Positions 1 to 9,562 of a stretch of DNA of 64,000 nt are shown piece by piece. The stretch is from the IMG/VR virus record IMGVR_UViG_3300020442_003949, positions 1-64,000 of that record, one strand, 5' to 3'. Both the position numbers and the translations under genes were made by a program. The DNA comes from a virus. Positions within the stretch are counted from its first letter, which is position 1. Each line of letters starts with the position of its first letter. The notes under the pieces are model-generated. The model was not told where the DNA came from. It did no database searches and saw nothing but the letters and a program-made list of their open reading frames with translations.

Positions 1-247
1 GTTTTTGGGTTATACATGGCCTGTAATTGAAGTAGATCATTCTGGAGCTAGCCACGTTGTGCTAGCTAACAAAAATAGCACCGACTTTGACATTGAAGGC
101 GTAGACCGTGCTTTAGAAATTGCCAGAGATGTTAGGATATTTGGTAAGCCTAGCACACGAAAGCATCGCAGGATGGGCGTAGTACTTGCAGACACAATAG
201 GTGTAGCAAAGACTGCTGCAGACCACATCCGTGTAATTGAAAGATAA
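1..247 (+). CDS. purT: C-terminal fragment of formate-dependent GAR transformylase (5' end outside window)
   Basis: VRIFGKP...RRMGVVLA matches the PurT C-terminal motif; frame is open from the window edge. Confidence 0.75.
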   Translation, partial: FLGYTWPVIEVDHSGASHVVLANKNSTDFDIEGVDRALEIARDVRIFGKPSTRKHRRMGVVLADTIGVAKTAADHIRVIER

Positions 248-249
248 TT

Positions 250-1221
250 ATGTTTAGATTTTTTTATGATAGTCGTTGGAGGCTATGGAGTACACTGGGT
301 ACTCTAACCATAGTTGCTGCTATATGGTATAGTGTGCAACTAGATGTCCAGATTAACGAATGGTTTGGTAAGTTTTATGATGCATTACAACGTGCATTGT
401 CACAGCCAGGATCCGTTAGTAGTGAAGAATATTATGGATATATGTTTGAGTTTTTTAGCATTGCAGGTATCTATATTATTGTAAACGTAATTTTTAACGG
501 ATTCCTTGTTAATCATTGGACATTCCGTTGGCGGCAAAGTATGGCAGATTATTATCATGATAATTGGCAACGTGTCCGTCATATAGAAGGAGCAAGTCAA
601 CGTGTACAAGAAGATACACTAAAGTTTGCTCGTTTGACAGAAAACTTAGGAGTAGGATTATTAGAAAGTGTACTTATGCTGATTGCATTTGTACCAATCC
701 TTTACGGACTAAGTAAAGCAGTAACAGAATTTCCTATCTTAGGACATGTTGATCATGGACTTGTTTGGGCTGTTTTAATTACTGCATTAGGAGGTACTGT
801 TATACTGAGTTTGATAGGTAGTAAGCTTCCCGGTATTGAATATGATATACAAAAGGAAGAAGCCGCATATCGAAAAGAACTAGTACACGGAGAAGACAAT
901 CAGTACCGTGCATCTGTAACAGATGTTGAGTTATTATTTGCAAATGTAAGAAAAATCCATTTTAGATCTTACTTGCATTATTTCTACTTTAACATTGCTA
1001 AGTGGAGTTATTTACAAGGGATGGTCATTGTACCATATGTAGCATTAGGACCTAGCATTATTGCAGGTGGCATTACGTTAGGAGTTGTAAGTCAAACCAC
1101 AAGAGCATTTGGAAAAGTAGCAGAAAGTTTACAATTTATAATCCGTTCATGGTTACAAATTGTAGAACTAATGAGTGTTTATAAGCGATTACGTGAATTT
1201 GAAAGTCAATTTAAAAAATAA
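250..1221 (+). CDS. sbmA: SbmA/BacA-family inner-membrane peptide transporter
   Basis: HWTFRWRQSMADYY..W.R.RHIEGASQRVQEDT.KF and EAAYRKELVHGED motifs; several TM segments; no nucleotide-binding domain. Confidence 0.85.
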   Translation: MFRFFYDSRWRLWSTLGTLTIVAAIWYSVQLDVQINEWFGKFYDALQRALSQPGSVSSEEYYGYMFEFFSIAGIYIIVNVIFNGFLVNHWTFRWRQSMADYYHDNWQRVRHIEGASQRVQEDTLKFARLTENLGVGLLESVLMLIAFVPILYGLSKAVTEFPILGHVDHGLVWAVLITALGGTVILSLIGSKLPGIEYDIQKEEAAYRKELVHGEDNQYRASVTDVELLFANVRKIHFRSYLHYFYFNIAKWSYLQGMVIVPYVALGPSIIAGGITLGVVSQTTRAFGKVAESLQFIIRSWLQIVELMSVYKRLREFESQFKK

Positions 1222-1228
1222 GGAAAAA

Positions 1229-2281
1229 GTGAAGAAAATTATTAATGTATTAATTACTTTGATTGCATTTGCAACAGTTGCAATTGCAGCAGAAAAGCCA
1301 ACTGCAGGTTTGGTGTTAGTTGGTCCAAAAAGTGACGGTGGCTGGAGTATGCGTCACTATCAGGGAATGGTAGAGTCTGGCTATGAATTTGATTATGTTG
1401 AATCAGTATCTGAAACTGATTCTGCTCGTGTATTTACTAGATTAGCTCGCAAGCACGATGTAGTATTTGGAACGTCATTTGGTTATATGGATCCAATGTT
1501 AGAAACTGCAAAAAAGTTTCCTAATGTAAAGTTTATGCATGCTACAGGATTTAAAACTGCAGAAAATTTAAACAATTACAACTGTAGACTGTTTCAAGCA
1601 CGATATCTAGCAGGGATGGCTGCAGGATTACTCACAAAAACAAACAAGATTGGTGTTGTAGGATCACATCCAATTCCAGAAATCATTTCAAACATCAACG
1701 CTATGACACTGGGCGCACAATCTGTTAATCCTGATATTGAAGTAAACATTATCTGGATAAATTCCTGGTTTGACCCTGCAAAAGATATGTCAGCAGCGCG
1801 AGCTTTACTTGATTGGGGTGCTGATGTGTCATTTACTACTACAGACTCACCCTCTGTTGTAGTAGTTGCCGAAGAAAAGTCTACTGCAGAAAAGCCATTA
1901 TGGGGCATGGGCAATGACGCTCCTATGAATTCATATGGTCCTAATCGCTATGCAACAGGCCCAATGTTTAATTGGGATGTGTATTACAAGCATGTTATGA
2001 AATCTGTAGAAGATGGAACATGGGAAGTAGATCGTCCTTTTTGGGGTATGGAAAAAGGATGTGTGGGACTTAGCCCATGGGGACCAAATGTACCTGAAGA
2101 AGTTGTGCAGATTATTGAAAGGGAAAAGCAACGCTTTGTAACAGAAGAATACGATGCTGCTTATCCTTTTTCAGCAGGATATACAAAGCAAGACGGTACA
2201 ATTGTTCCGCCCGGCGCAGGTCGTGCTGAAGTAGATTCTATGAATCATTATGTAAATGGCGTAATTACTCCGATGCAATAA
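1229..2281 (+). CDS. BMP-family ABC substrate-binding protein (purine/nucleoside-binding type)
   Basis: GPKSDGGW, FGTSFGYMD, YLAGMAAG..TKTNKIG, WFDP motifs; probable GTG start at 1229 after AAGGA, followed by a signal peptide with no lipobox Cys. Confidence 0.85.
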   Translation: MKKIINVLITLIAFATVAIAAEKPTAGLVLVGPKSDGGWSMRHYQGMVESGYEFDYVESVSETDSARVFTRLARKHDVVFGTSFGYMDPMLETAKKFPNVKFMHATGFKTAENLNNYNCRLFQARYLAGMAAGLLTKTNKIGVVGSHPIPEIISNINAMTLGAQSVNPDIEVNIIWINSWFDPAKDMSAARALLDWGADVSFTTTDSPSVVVVAEEKSTAEKPLWGMGNDAPMNSYGPNRYATGPMFNWDVYYKHVMKSVEDGTWEVDRPFWGMEKGCVGLSPWGPNVPEEVVQIIEREKQRFVTEEYDAAYPFSAGYTKQDGTIVPPGAGRAEVDSMNHYVNGVITPMQ

Positions 2282-2289
2282 AAACAATT

Positions 2290-2316
2290 GGGGAACACAG
2301 TTCCCCTTTTTTTTTT
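2290..2316 (+). terminator. Rho-independent terminator
   Basis: GGGGAAC-aca-GTTCCCC hairpin followed by T10. Confidence 0.85.
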
Positions 2317-2324
2317 GGAAAATT

Positions 2325-3164
2325 ATGGAAATACCAATAATAGATATAGAAGATGCAAAAGCACATGAAAGATTACACAAAGCCTTTACAACTGCTGGAT
2401 TTGCCTACATAAAAAATCGTGTTCTTACTGCAGACATCTTGTCTTACGCAAAACAATTTTTTGCCTTACCTTTAGAAGAAAAAAATAAAGTGGCTTATAA
2501 ATCAACAGAAGCAAACACTGGTTATCAAGGTATGATAGAAAGTTTAACTCCTGGAACTCCTGTTGATTTAAAAGAAGCTTTTAACTGGTGTGAACATAGA
2601 GATGATAATCAATGGTATAACGAAGAACAAGAGGATGAATGTTTAATTTGGAATCATCGTTTATTAGTGCTAACCATAGATATATTAAGAATGATTGAAA
2701 AAGCATTAGACATAGATAGTGGTTACCTTGTGGAAAAACATCTAGCATCTAAATCAACTACAACAAGGATGCTACATTATCCTCCCTGGAATGGAGAAAT
2801 AGAAACTAATCAAATGCGAGGAGGAGAACATACAGATTATGGAACAATTACTATACTTTTCACTGATGAAAATCCAGGTTTGCAAATAAAACCAAGGAGC
2901 ACTAATGAATGGCTCGATGCGCCCTACATACCAGATACCTGTATTGTCAATGTTGGTGACTTATTACAACGTTGGACTAACGACCTTTATGTTTCTACTC
3001 CTCATCGTGTTATTAATACTAACCTCAATACTAGTCGTTACAGTTTCGCTCATTTCGTACATCCCTGCGATGACGTCCAAGTTGACAGTCTTGTTGGCAA
3101 ACAAAAATACGAAACAATAAGCGCAAAAGAATATTTGGTTTGGCGATTAAACCAAAGTTATTAA
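2325..3164 (+). CDS. Isopenicillin N synthase-family Fe(II)/2-oxoglutarate oxygenase
   Basis: IPIID N-terminus, RMLHYPP, EHTDYG, NVGDLLQRWTN, HRV and RYS motifs. Confidence 0.85.
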   Translation: MEIPIIDIEDAKAHERLHKAFTTAGFAYIKNRVLTADILSYAKQFFALPLEEKNKVAYKSTEANTGYQGMIESLTPGTPVDLKEAFNWCEHRDDNQWYNEEQEDECLIWNHRLLVLTIDILRMIEKALDIDSGYLVEKHLASKSTTTRMLHYPPWNGEIETNQMRGGEHTDYGTITILFTDENPGLQIKPRSTNEWLDAPYIPDTCIVNVGDLLQRWTNDLYVSTPHRVINTNLNTSRYSFAHFVHPCDDVQVDSLVGKQKYETISAKEYLVWRLNQSY

Positions 3165-3169
3165 AAAAC

Positions 3170-3198
3170 TTGACAAATTTTCTAAATACATATACAAT
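3170..3198 (+). promoter_or_regulatory. sigma70-type promoter for folE-queE
   Basis: TTGACA-17 nt-TACAAT. Confidence 0.7.
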
Positions 3199-3237
3199 TA
3201 ACTATTAGACATCCTCGTCTCAAACTCGGAGAAATAA

Positions 3238-3909
3238 ATGATAAGCGATGAAATAAAACAAAGACTAAAAGAACGAAACGTTAGATTCCACAGCAACGAC
3301 AATATCAGCGAGCATATTGCTCCATACGAAGTAGAACTGCTACAAGAAGAAGTAGAACAAAAATTTAAAGCAGTACTAGACAGTCTAGTAATTGACACTG
3401 AAAACGACCACAACACAAACGAAACTGCAAAACGTGTAGCAAAAATGTATGTACAGGAAATCTTCGGCGGAAGATATAAACCTGTTCCTAAAATTACAGC
3501 ATTCCCTAATATGGGATATAAAAGCCTATACACTAGCGGCCCTATCTCAATCCGCAGTACCTGTGCCCATCATTTCCAAAATATAGTAGGTAAATGTTGG
3601 GTAGGTATTGTGCCAGAAGAGGAAGTAATTGGATTAAGCAAGTTTAACAGGATTGTGCATCACATTGCAGAGCGTCCGCAGATACAAGAAGAAATGACTA
3701 CACAGATTGCAAAAGCATTAACTGAATATGCAAAAACTCCAAATGTTGCTGTTGTAGTTAAAGCAGAACATCACTGCATGACACACAGAGGTGTACGTGA
3801 ACATGAAAGTGATATGACTACTGCAATTATGCTAGGTGCTTTCCAATCAGATCCATACTTAAAGCAAGAGTTTTATGATATATGCCTTAGCATGAAAGGA
3901 CACCGATGA
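3238..3909 (+). CDS. folE: GTP cyclohydrolase I
   Basis: ETAKRVAKMY, STCAHH, IGLSKF.RIV, RPQIQEEMT.QIA, EHHCMTHRGV. Confidence 0.95.
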   Translation: MISDEIKQRLKERNVRFHSNDNISEHIAPYEVELLQEEVEQKFKAVLDSLVIDTENDHNTNETAKRVAKMYVQEIFGGRYKPVPKITAFPNMGYKSLYTSGPISIRSTCAHHFQNIVGKCWVGIVPEEEVIGLSKFNRIVHHIAERPQIQEEMTTQIAKALTEYAKTPNVAVVVKAEHHCMTHRGVREHESDMTTAIMLGAFQSDPYLKQEFYDICLSMKGHR

Positions 3910-4778
3910 AAACATTAAGATATTCAGAAGCGTTCTATTCAGTGCAAGGAGAGGGCAATTTTATTGGTACTCCTAGTGTATTTTTACGGAGCTTTGGTTG
4001 CAACTTCCGTTGTCAAGGATTTGGACTGCCTAGAGGTGTAAAGCGGAAAAAATACAGCGACGAAGTACTTGCATTCTTAGACGACGGCGTATTAGACAAT
4101 GTACATCGCTTTGAAGACTTACCTATGGTTAGGACAGGATGCGATACATACGCAAGCATCTATCCAGAATTTAAAAAGTATATGATGGATAGGACTGTAG
4201 ATGAAGTTGTAGAACATTTGCTTAGTTTGACACCAGAAGGCAAGTGGCAAATGGATAATGGACAGGATATACACTTTATACTCACAGGCGGAGAGCCCTT
4301 ACTTTGGCAAAGATTTTGGATTAATCTCTTCCAACATCCTGGCATGGCAGATCTTAAAAATCTTACAATTGAAACAAATACAACACAACCTTTAAATCGT
4401 AAATTTTTTACATTTTTATCTGAGCAAGAACAATTCCAAGTTACATGGGCTTGCAGTCCTAAATTAACTGTAAGTGGAGAGGCATGGAGTGATGCAATTA
4501 ACCCTCAAGTAGCTTGTCAATACTTAAATGTACAGAACAGCAAGATGTATCTTAAATTTGTAGTAGCAGACGAAACTGATATAGAAGATGTTAAAAAAGC
4601 TGTTGATCAATATATAGAAGGTACAGTAAATGTTCCTGTATATGTTATGCCAGTTGGCGGGTGCAAAGAAGAATATGGTGCAAATAAAATAAACGTAGCT
4701 GAACTAGCACTTGAAAAAGGCTGGAGGTATAGTCCTAGGCTACAAGTAGATTTATTTGGTAACAGTTGGGGTACATAA
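3906..4778 (+). CDS. queE: 7-carboxy-7-deazaguanine synthase (radical SAM)
   Basis: EAFYSVQGEG..G.PSVFLR.FGCNFRC...GCDT, TGGEPLL, TIETN, SPKL, RLQVDLFG; ATGA overlap with folE. Confidence 0.9.
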   Translation: MKTLRYSEAFYSVQGEGNFIGTPSVFLRSFGCNFRCQGFGLPRGVKRKKYSDEVLAFLDDGVLDNVHRFEDLPMVRTGCDTYASIYPEFKKYMMDRTVDEVVEHLLSLTPEGKWQMDNGQDIHFILTGGEPLLWQRFWINLFQHPGMADLKNLTIETNTTQPLNRKFFTFLSEQEQFQVTWACSPKLTVSGEAWSDAINPQVACQYLNVQNSKMYLKFVVADETDIEDVKKAVDQYIEGTVNVPVYVMPVGGCKEEYGANKINVAELALEKGWRYSPRLQVDLFGNSWGT

Positions 4779-5107
4779 TGTTAAATTGGTTAAAGAAGAA
4801 AAAAGAAATTAATTTATCTCCTCAAGACGAAAGAAGAGAAATCTTAGCAAAAGAAAAAGAAATTGCTACAAAAAAAGGCGAGCCTTGGGTAGCTGTTCTT
4901 GACACGCAGGTAAATCCTAATAATATTCGTAATGGGTTTTTTGAGCTAGATTGGAACAATGAATTTATAGAACAATTACTTGATGCTGGATACTCAGGAG
5001 AAACTAATGAAGAAATTGTCGACCAATGGTTTAGGACCATCGCTACACAAATATTAAATGAACAAGGGGTTGACAACGATCGTGGAATCGGGTATATTAA
5101 AGTATAA
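4778..5107 (+). CDS. Hypothetical phage protein
   Basis: ATG overlaps the queE stop (TAATG); GFFELDWN..F motif; no function recognised. Confidence 0.7.
   Translation: MLNWLKKKKEINLSPQDERREILAKEKEIATKKGEPWVAVLDTQVNPNNIRNGFFELDWNNEFIEQLLDAGYSGETNEEIVDQWFRTIATQILNEQGVDNDRGIGYIKV
5070..5098 (+). promoter_or_regulatory. sigma70-type promoter for RNase H block
   Basis: TTGACA-17 nt-TATATT, 30 nt upstream of the ATG at 5128. Confidence 0.6.
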
Positions 5108-5127
5108 ACATTCTAATCTAAATAGGT

Positions 5128-6120
5128 ATGGCAACTTACATTCTAGTAGATAGTGCAAACACATTCTTCCGTGCTCGCCATGTTGTACGTGGTGACATTG
5201 AAACAAAAACAGGTATGGCACTGCATGTCACATTAAGTTCTGTTAAAAAGGCTTGGCAGGATTTTAACGGCGATCATGTAGTGTTTTGCTTAGAAGGTCG
5301 TAGCTGGCGTAAAGATTTTTACGCTCCTTACAAACGTAATAGACAGGAATCTCGTGAAGCACTTACCGAGCGAGAAGCAAAAGAAGATCGTGCGTTTTGG
5401 GAATGTTTTGATCAATTCAAAGACTTTATCATAGAAAAAACTAATTGTACAGTTTTGCATGACCCGCAGCTAGAAGCAGATGATCTAATCGCAGGGTGGA
5501 TACAACATCATCCTAATGACCAGCATGTAATTATTTCAACTGACGGAGACTTTGCACAACTTATCGCACCTAATGTAAAACAATACAACGGTGTAACAAA
5601 TCAAACTACAACAATAGATGGGTACTTAACAGAAAAAGGTAATCCTGTAAGAGATCGCAAAACAGGTAAACCTAAACCTGCGCCTAATCCAGAGTGGCTA
5701 TTATTTGAAAAATGTATGCGAGGTGACACTAGTGACAATGTGTTTAGTGCATATCCCGGTGTCCGTAAAAAAGGTACTAAGAATAAAGTAGGATTGCTTG
5801 AAGCATTTGATGACAAGAAATCTAAAGGCTTTAATTGGAACAATCTAATGCTCCAGCGATGGGTCGACCATGAAGGTATCGAACATCGTGTGCTAGATGA
5901 TTACAACAGGAATGTGATGCTATGTGATCTTACAGCTCAACCCAAAGAAATTAAAGAAATAATTAGTAATAAAATAAAAAGCTCACCTAGTAAATCTGTA
6001 GGACAAGTAGGAATCAAATTTATGAAATTCTGTGCAAAACATGAATTAAATAGATTATCTGAACAAGCTGATGCATATGCAAAAATTATCAACTCTAGCT
6101 ATAACGGAGACACACAATGA
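5128..6120 (+). CDS. T4 RNase H-like 5'-3' exonuclease / flap nuclease
   Basis: ILVD, SWRK..Y..YK.NR, LEADDLIA, ISTDGDFAQL, GDTSDNV acidic FEN/PIN motifs. Confidence 0.9.
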   Translation: MATYILVDSANTFFRARHVVRGDIETKTGMALHVTLSSVKKAWQDFNGDHVVFCLEGRSWRKDFYAPYKRNRQESREALTEREAKEDRAFWECFDQFKDFIIEKTNCTVLHDPQLEADDLIAGWIQHHPNDQHVIISTDGDFAQLIAPNVKQYNGVTNQTTTIDGYLTEKGNPVRDRKTGKPKPAPNPEWLLFEKCMRGDTSDNVFSAYPGVRKKGTKNKVGLLEAFDDKKSKGFNWNNLMLQRWVDHEGIEHRVLDDYNRNVMLCDLTAQPKEIKEIISNKIKSSPSKSVGQVGIKFMKFCAKHELNRLSEQADAYAKIINSSYNGDTQ

Positions 6121-6605
6121 CAGTTCATGCAAAAGAAATTATAAATGGTAAGTTTTGGATTTTAGAAGACGACGGAGAAAAAATTGCAACATTATCTTTA
6201 ACAGATAATAAATTTTTGCTGGCTGATAAAAAAGGCACACATTTTTTTGATAATACAAAATTTATAGAAAATAATTTTGGTAAAAATATAATATGGGATA
6301 AATTAAATATTACAGAACATATTCCTTTCGAAGTATACGGGTATGAAACTTCAGTTATACCATTCAACCCAGTTTTTGATGTAAAGAGAAAATTACCTCT
6401 TTTCACAAAAAGTCAAAATTCGAAAAGTTTGTATTGTGCTGGCTTTTATATCATTGAATTTGAAAAAGGTTGGGTAAAAAGTTTTTGTCCAAAATTAATC
6501 ACTATAGAAAAATATAATTATGAAGGTCCTTTTCATACAAAAATCGAAATGAAAAACAAACTAGGAACCAAATGCAAACTGAAAAAATCAACACACACTG
6601 TATAG
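6117..6605 (+). CDS. Hypothetical phage protein
   Basis: 162-aa ORF, ATGA overlap, GGAG RBS. Confidence 0.7.
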   Translation: MTVHAKEIINGKFWILEDDGEKIATLSLTDNKFLLADKKGTHFFDNTKFIENNFGKNIIWDKLNITEHIPFEVYGYETSVIPFNPVFDVKRKLPLFTKSQNSKSLYCAGFYIIEFEKGWVKSFCPKLITIEKYNYEGPFHTKIEMKNKLGTKCKLKKSTHTV

Positions 6606-6811
6606 AGTCATTTATTAAAACTGTAAAAGCTGCTGATTTTTCTAGACAAAAAGAAATTAAAATAGACATAAAAACAGCAAAAGATATTAGTTATACCCTA
6701 CAGTTAATTTTACTTAGATATACAGGAAATTTAGAACAGTTTTTAGAAAACCAAAATACTAGTAAAGAAGAAACAATACAGGTTAATTTAGATGGAGGAC
6801 AAGGATGGTAA
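6572..6811 (+). CDS. Hypothetical phage protein
   Basis: 79-aa ORF with AGGA RBS, ends DGGQGW. Confidence 0.6.
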   Translation: MQTEKINTHCIESFIKTVKAADFSRQKEIKIDIKTAKDISYTLQLILLRYTGNLEQFLENQNTSKEETIQVNLDGGQGW

Positions 6812-6840
6812 ATAAATAATAATTGTAAGGATTATTGTCT

Positions 6841-7122
6841 ATGAGCCGTCCTAAACCAAAAGTATTGTTAGAATATACTGATAAAAAAACATTTAGAAGT
6901 GAACAAATTTTACAGGCCGATGCTATATGGGCAGTATTTTACAACAATGCACCATTCAATCTAAAAAGTTACAATAGCCTAACAAATTACCCAGGTCCTA
7001 AATACAAAAAAACAAGTTTTAGCAACTCAGGACATGCTTATCATTTAGCCGAAAGACTAAACAAACTGTATGACACAGATCTTTTTACAGTTGTTAAATT
7101 TACTACTACAAAACAAATATAA
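6841..7122 (+). CDS. Hypothetical phage protein
   Basis: AAGGA RBS before ATG 6841; GPKYKKTSFSN.GHA. Confidence 0.7.
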   Translation: MSRPKPKVLLEYTDKKTFRSEQILQADAIWAVFYNNAPFNLKSYNSLTNYPGPKYKKTSFSNSGHAYHLAERLNKLYDTDLFTVVKFTTTKQI

Positions 7123-7502
7123 TGTCAAATAGAGAAACACTGACAAAAATTTTTTTGAAACAATCTAATACAGCAATATCTGCAGCTAATTTAAAGCTTT
7201 ACGCAAGAAAATGGTGGCAAAATAATAGAGATAAAAAAACTGGTGGATTACGATTGACAGAATCTGGATATTATTTTTTACATGATGAGATTAATTTAAA
7301 ATTTTACGAAATCCCACTACCGAGAGACCAAAAAATTACTACACAAACAATTATTTTTTTAGACCAATTCATAGATTGTCCATATTATCTCACAGAACGC
7401 TCTATATTTGTTACTGACGAAAAAAAATCTATGGAACTATATTTGTTTTCTGGCGATTTACAAAAATATGGATTAACAAAGGCTATGAGCAGATATGAGT
7501 AA
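7122..7502 (+). CDS. Hypothetical phage protein
   Basis: TAATG coupling; GGLRLT..G motif. Confidence 0.7.
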   Translation: MSNRETLTKIFLKQSNTAISAANLKLYARKWWQNNRDKKTGGLRLTESGYYFLHDEINLKFYEIPLPRDQKITTQTIIFLDQFIDCPYYLTERSIFVTDEKKSMELYLFSGDLQKYGLTKAMSRYE

Positions 7503-7737
7503 CGAAGAACTTGAAAACATTTTAAAAACATTAACGGAAAGCCCGTCAATATTCAAAACTGCAATAGAGATTTATAACACGACCGACGATCTAGAAATTA
7601 AAAAAGAACTAGGCGAACAAATTAAAAAAGGAAAAGAAAGCTTCGAGCGGCTTGATATATTATTAGAAGATTTACAATGGGATATAGAAACTGAGTTAGT
7701 TAACAAACTTATGGAGAAAAATGAAGATAGCGCCTAG
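7495..7737 (+). CDS. Hypothetical acidic/coiled-coil protein
   Basis: 80-aa ORF overlapping both neighbours. Confidence 0.55.
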   Translation: MSNEELENILKTLTESPSIFKTAIEIYNTTDDLEIKKELGEQIKKGKESFERLDILLEDLQWDIETELVNKLMEKNEDSA

Positions 7738-8368
7738 TATTTTATCATCAGATTTTGCAAACCTTGGAAAAGAAATTACTAATGTAACTGAAGCTGGTGC
7801 CGATTGGATTCATATAGATGTAATGGATGGTCATTTTGTTCCTAATATAACTATAGGTCCTAGTGTAGTAAAAGCAATACGCCCTTACAGTAATATTCCT
7901 TTTGATGTTCATTTGATGATAGAACCTTATGAAAATTATATCAGCTTGTTTGCAGATGCAGGTGCAGACCATATTACTATACACGCCGAAGCAGGACCTC
8001 ATCTACATAGAGCTTTACAAAATATTAAATCTCTTGGCAAAAGAGCTGGAGTAAGCTTAAATCCGTCTACGTCTGAAACAGTATTAGAATATATTTTAGA
8101 TGACGTAGATATTATTTTAGTAATGTCAGTTAATCCAGGGTTTGGAGGACAAAGTTTTATCCATTCACAACTAAACAAGATTAAGAAAATAAAAAATATG
8201 ATCGGCGAATTACCGATAGATATTGTTGTAGACGGCGGTGTAACTAAAGATAATATAAGCGTAGTGAAAGCTGCCGGAGCTTCTGTAGCAGTAGCCGGAA
8301 GCTCCGTATTCACAAGTCATAGCAAAGAAATCTACAAAAAAAATATTTTATCACTAAAATCCTCTTGA
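7721..8368 (+). CDS. rpe: Ribulose-phosphate 3-epimerase
   Basis: [42 protein letters not shown]. Confidence 0.97.
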   Translation: MKIAPSILSSDFANLGKEITNVTEAGADWIHIDVMDGHFVPNITIGPSVVKAIRPYSNIPFDVHLMIEPYENYISLFADAGADHITIHAEAGPHLHRALQNIKSLGKRAGVSLNPSTSETVLEYILDDVDIILVMSVNPGFGGQSFIHSQLNKIKKIKNMIGELPIDIVVDGGVTKDNISVVKAAGASVAVAGSSVFTSHSKEIYKKNILSLKSS

Positions 8369-8392
8369 CCTTTTCTGCACAACTGCTATACT
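8365..8392 (+). promoter_or_regulatory. sigma70-type promoter with extended -10 for the AAA ATPase
   Basis: TTGACC-16 nt-TATACT, with TG at the extended -10 position. Confidence 0.6.
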
Positions 8393-8448
8393 ATTATTAT
8401 GTTGCGTAACAGAACGCAGCGCATTTTAACCCTACCAGGAGATACTAA

Positions 8449-9528
8449 ATGGATACTGCACGAACACTTTCCCCAAACAAAGCCAAGTCACGTATTTCAC
8501 ATGCTATCACTAAGAAGCGTCCAGTATTCATTTGGGGGCCTCCAGGCATTGGCAAAAGTGACATTGTTCATCAGATCGGTGATGCACTTGATGCTCACGT
8601 AATTGATGTCCGGTTGAGCTTGTGGGAGCCAACTGACATTAAAGGCATTCCTTATTACTCTGCAGAAGACAACAAGATGAGCTGGGCTCCTCCAGTCGAG
8701 TTGCCTGACGCTGCTATGGCTTCACAACACAAGGCTATCATCTTGTTCTTAGATGAGATGAATTCTGCTGCACCTGCTGTACAGGCTGCTGCATATCAGC
8801 TTATCCTTAATCGTCGTGTAGGCGCTTACGAACTGCCTGACAACGTTTATATTGTTGCTGCAGGTAACAGAGAAACTGATAAGGGTGTCACTTATCGCAT
8901 GCCTGCTCCGCTTGCTAATCGCTTTGTTCACTTAGAACTTGCTGTCAACTTCGACGACTGGTTTAACTGGGCTGTTGACAACAAAATTCACAAAGATGTT
9001 GTAGGCTTCCTGCAGTTTGCTAAACGTGATTTGTATGACTTCGATCCGAAGAGTCCTAATCGTTCATTTGCTACTCCTCGCAGTTGGAGCTTTGTAAGTG
9101 AATTGCTCGAAGATAATCTCGACGACGAAACTACAACTGATCTAGTGTCAGGTTGTGTCGGCGAGGGTCTTGCAATTAAATTTGTTGCACATCGCAAAGT
9201 TGCTGCAAGCATGCCTAACCCAACTGACATCCTTGAAGGTAAGATCAAAGAGATCAAATCAAAAGAGATTTCTGCAATGTATTCACTTACTGTTTCATTG
9301 TGCTACGAATTAAAAGAGGCATGTGACAAAGGTGACAAGAAATTCGACTCTAAAGTTGACAAGTTTTTACGTTTTATGATGGATAATTTTGAGACTGAAC
9401 TTGTTGTTATGGGTGTGAAGCTTGCACTTACACAATATCAGCTTCCAATTGATCCAGACGAAATTGAGTGCTTTGACGAATTCCACGAGCGTTTCGGACG
9501 TTACATTACAAAAGCTCAACAAGCTTAA
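8449..9528 (+). CDS. MoxR-like AAA+ ATPase
   Basis: Walker A GPPGIGKS, Walker B LFLDE, AAGN, PLANRF, TPRSW. Confidence 0.9.
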   Translation: MDTARTLSPNKAKSRISHAITKKRPVFIWGPPGIGKSDIVHQIGDALDAHVIDVRLSLWEPTDIKGIPYYSAEDNKMSWAPPVELPDAAMASQHKAIILFLDEMNSAAPAVQAAAYQLILNRRVGAYELPDNVYIVAAGNRETDKGVTYRMPAPLANRFVHLELAVNFDDWFNWAVDNKIHKDVVGFLQFAKRDLYDFDPKSPNRSFATPRSWSFVSELLEDNLDDETTTDLVSGCVGEGLAIKFVAHRKVAASMPNPTDILEGKIKEIKSKEISAMYSLTVSLCYELKEACDKGDKKFDSKVDKFLRFMMDNFETELVVMGVKLALTQYQLPIDPDEIECFDEFHERFGRYITKAQQA

Positions 9529-9535
9529 TCCTACC

Positions 9536-9560
9536 GGGCGCCAAGTGCGCCCAATTTTTT
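9536..9560 (+). terminator. Probable Rho-independent terminator
   Basis: GGGCGC-caagt-GCGCCC followed by AATTTTTT. Confidence 0.7.
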
Positions 9561-9562
9561 CC

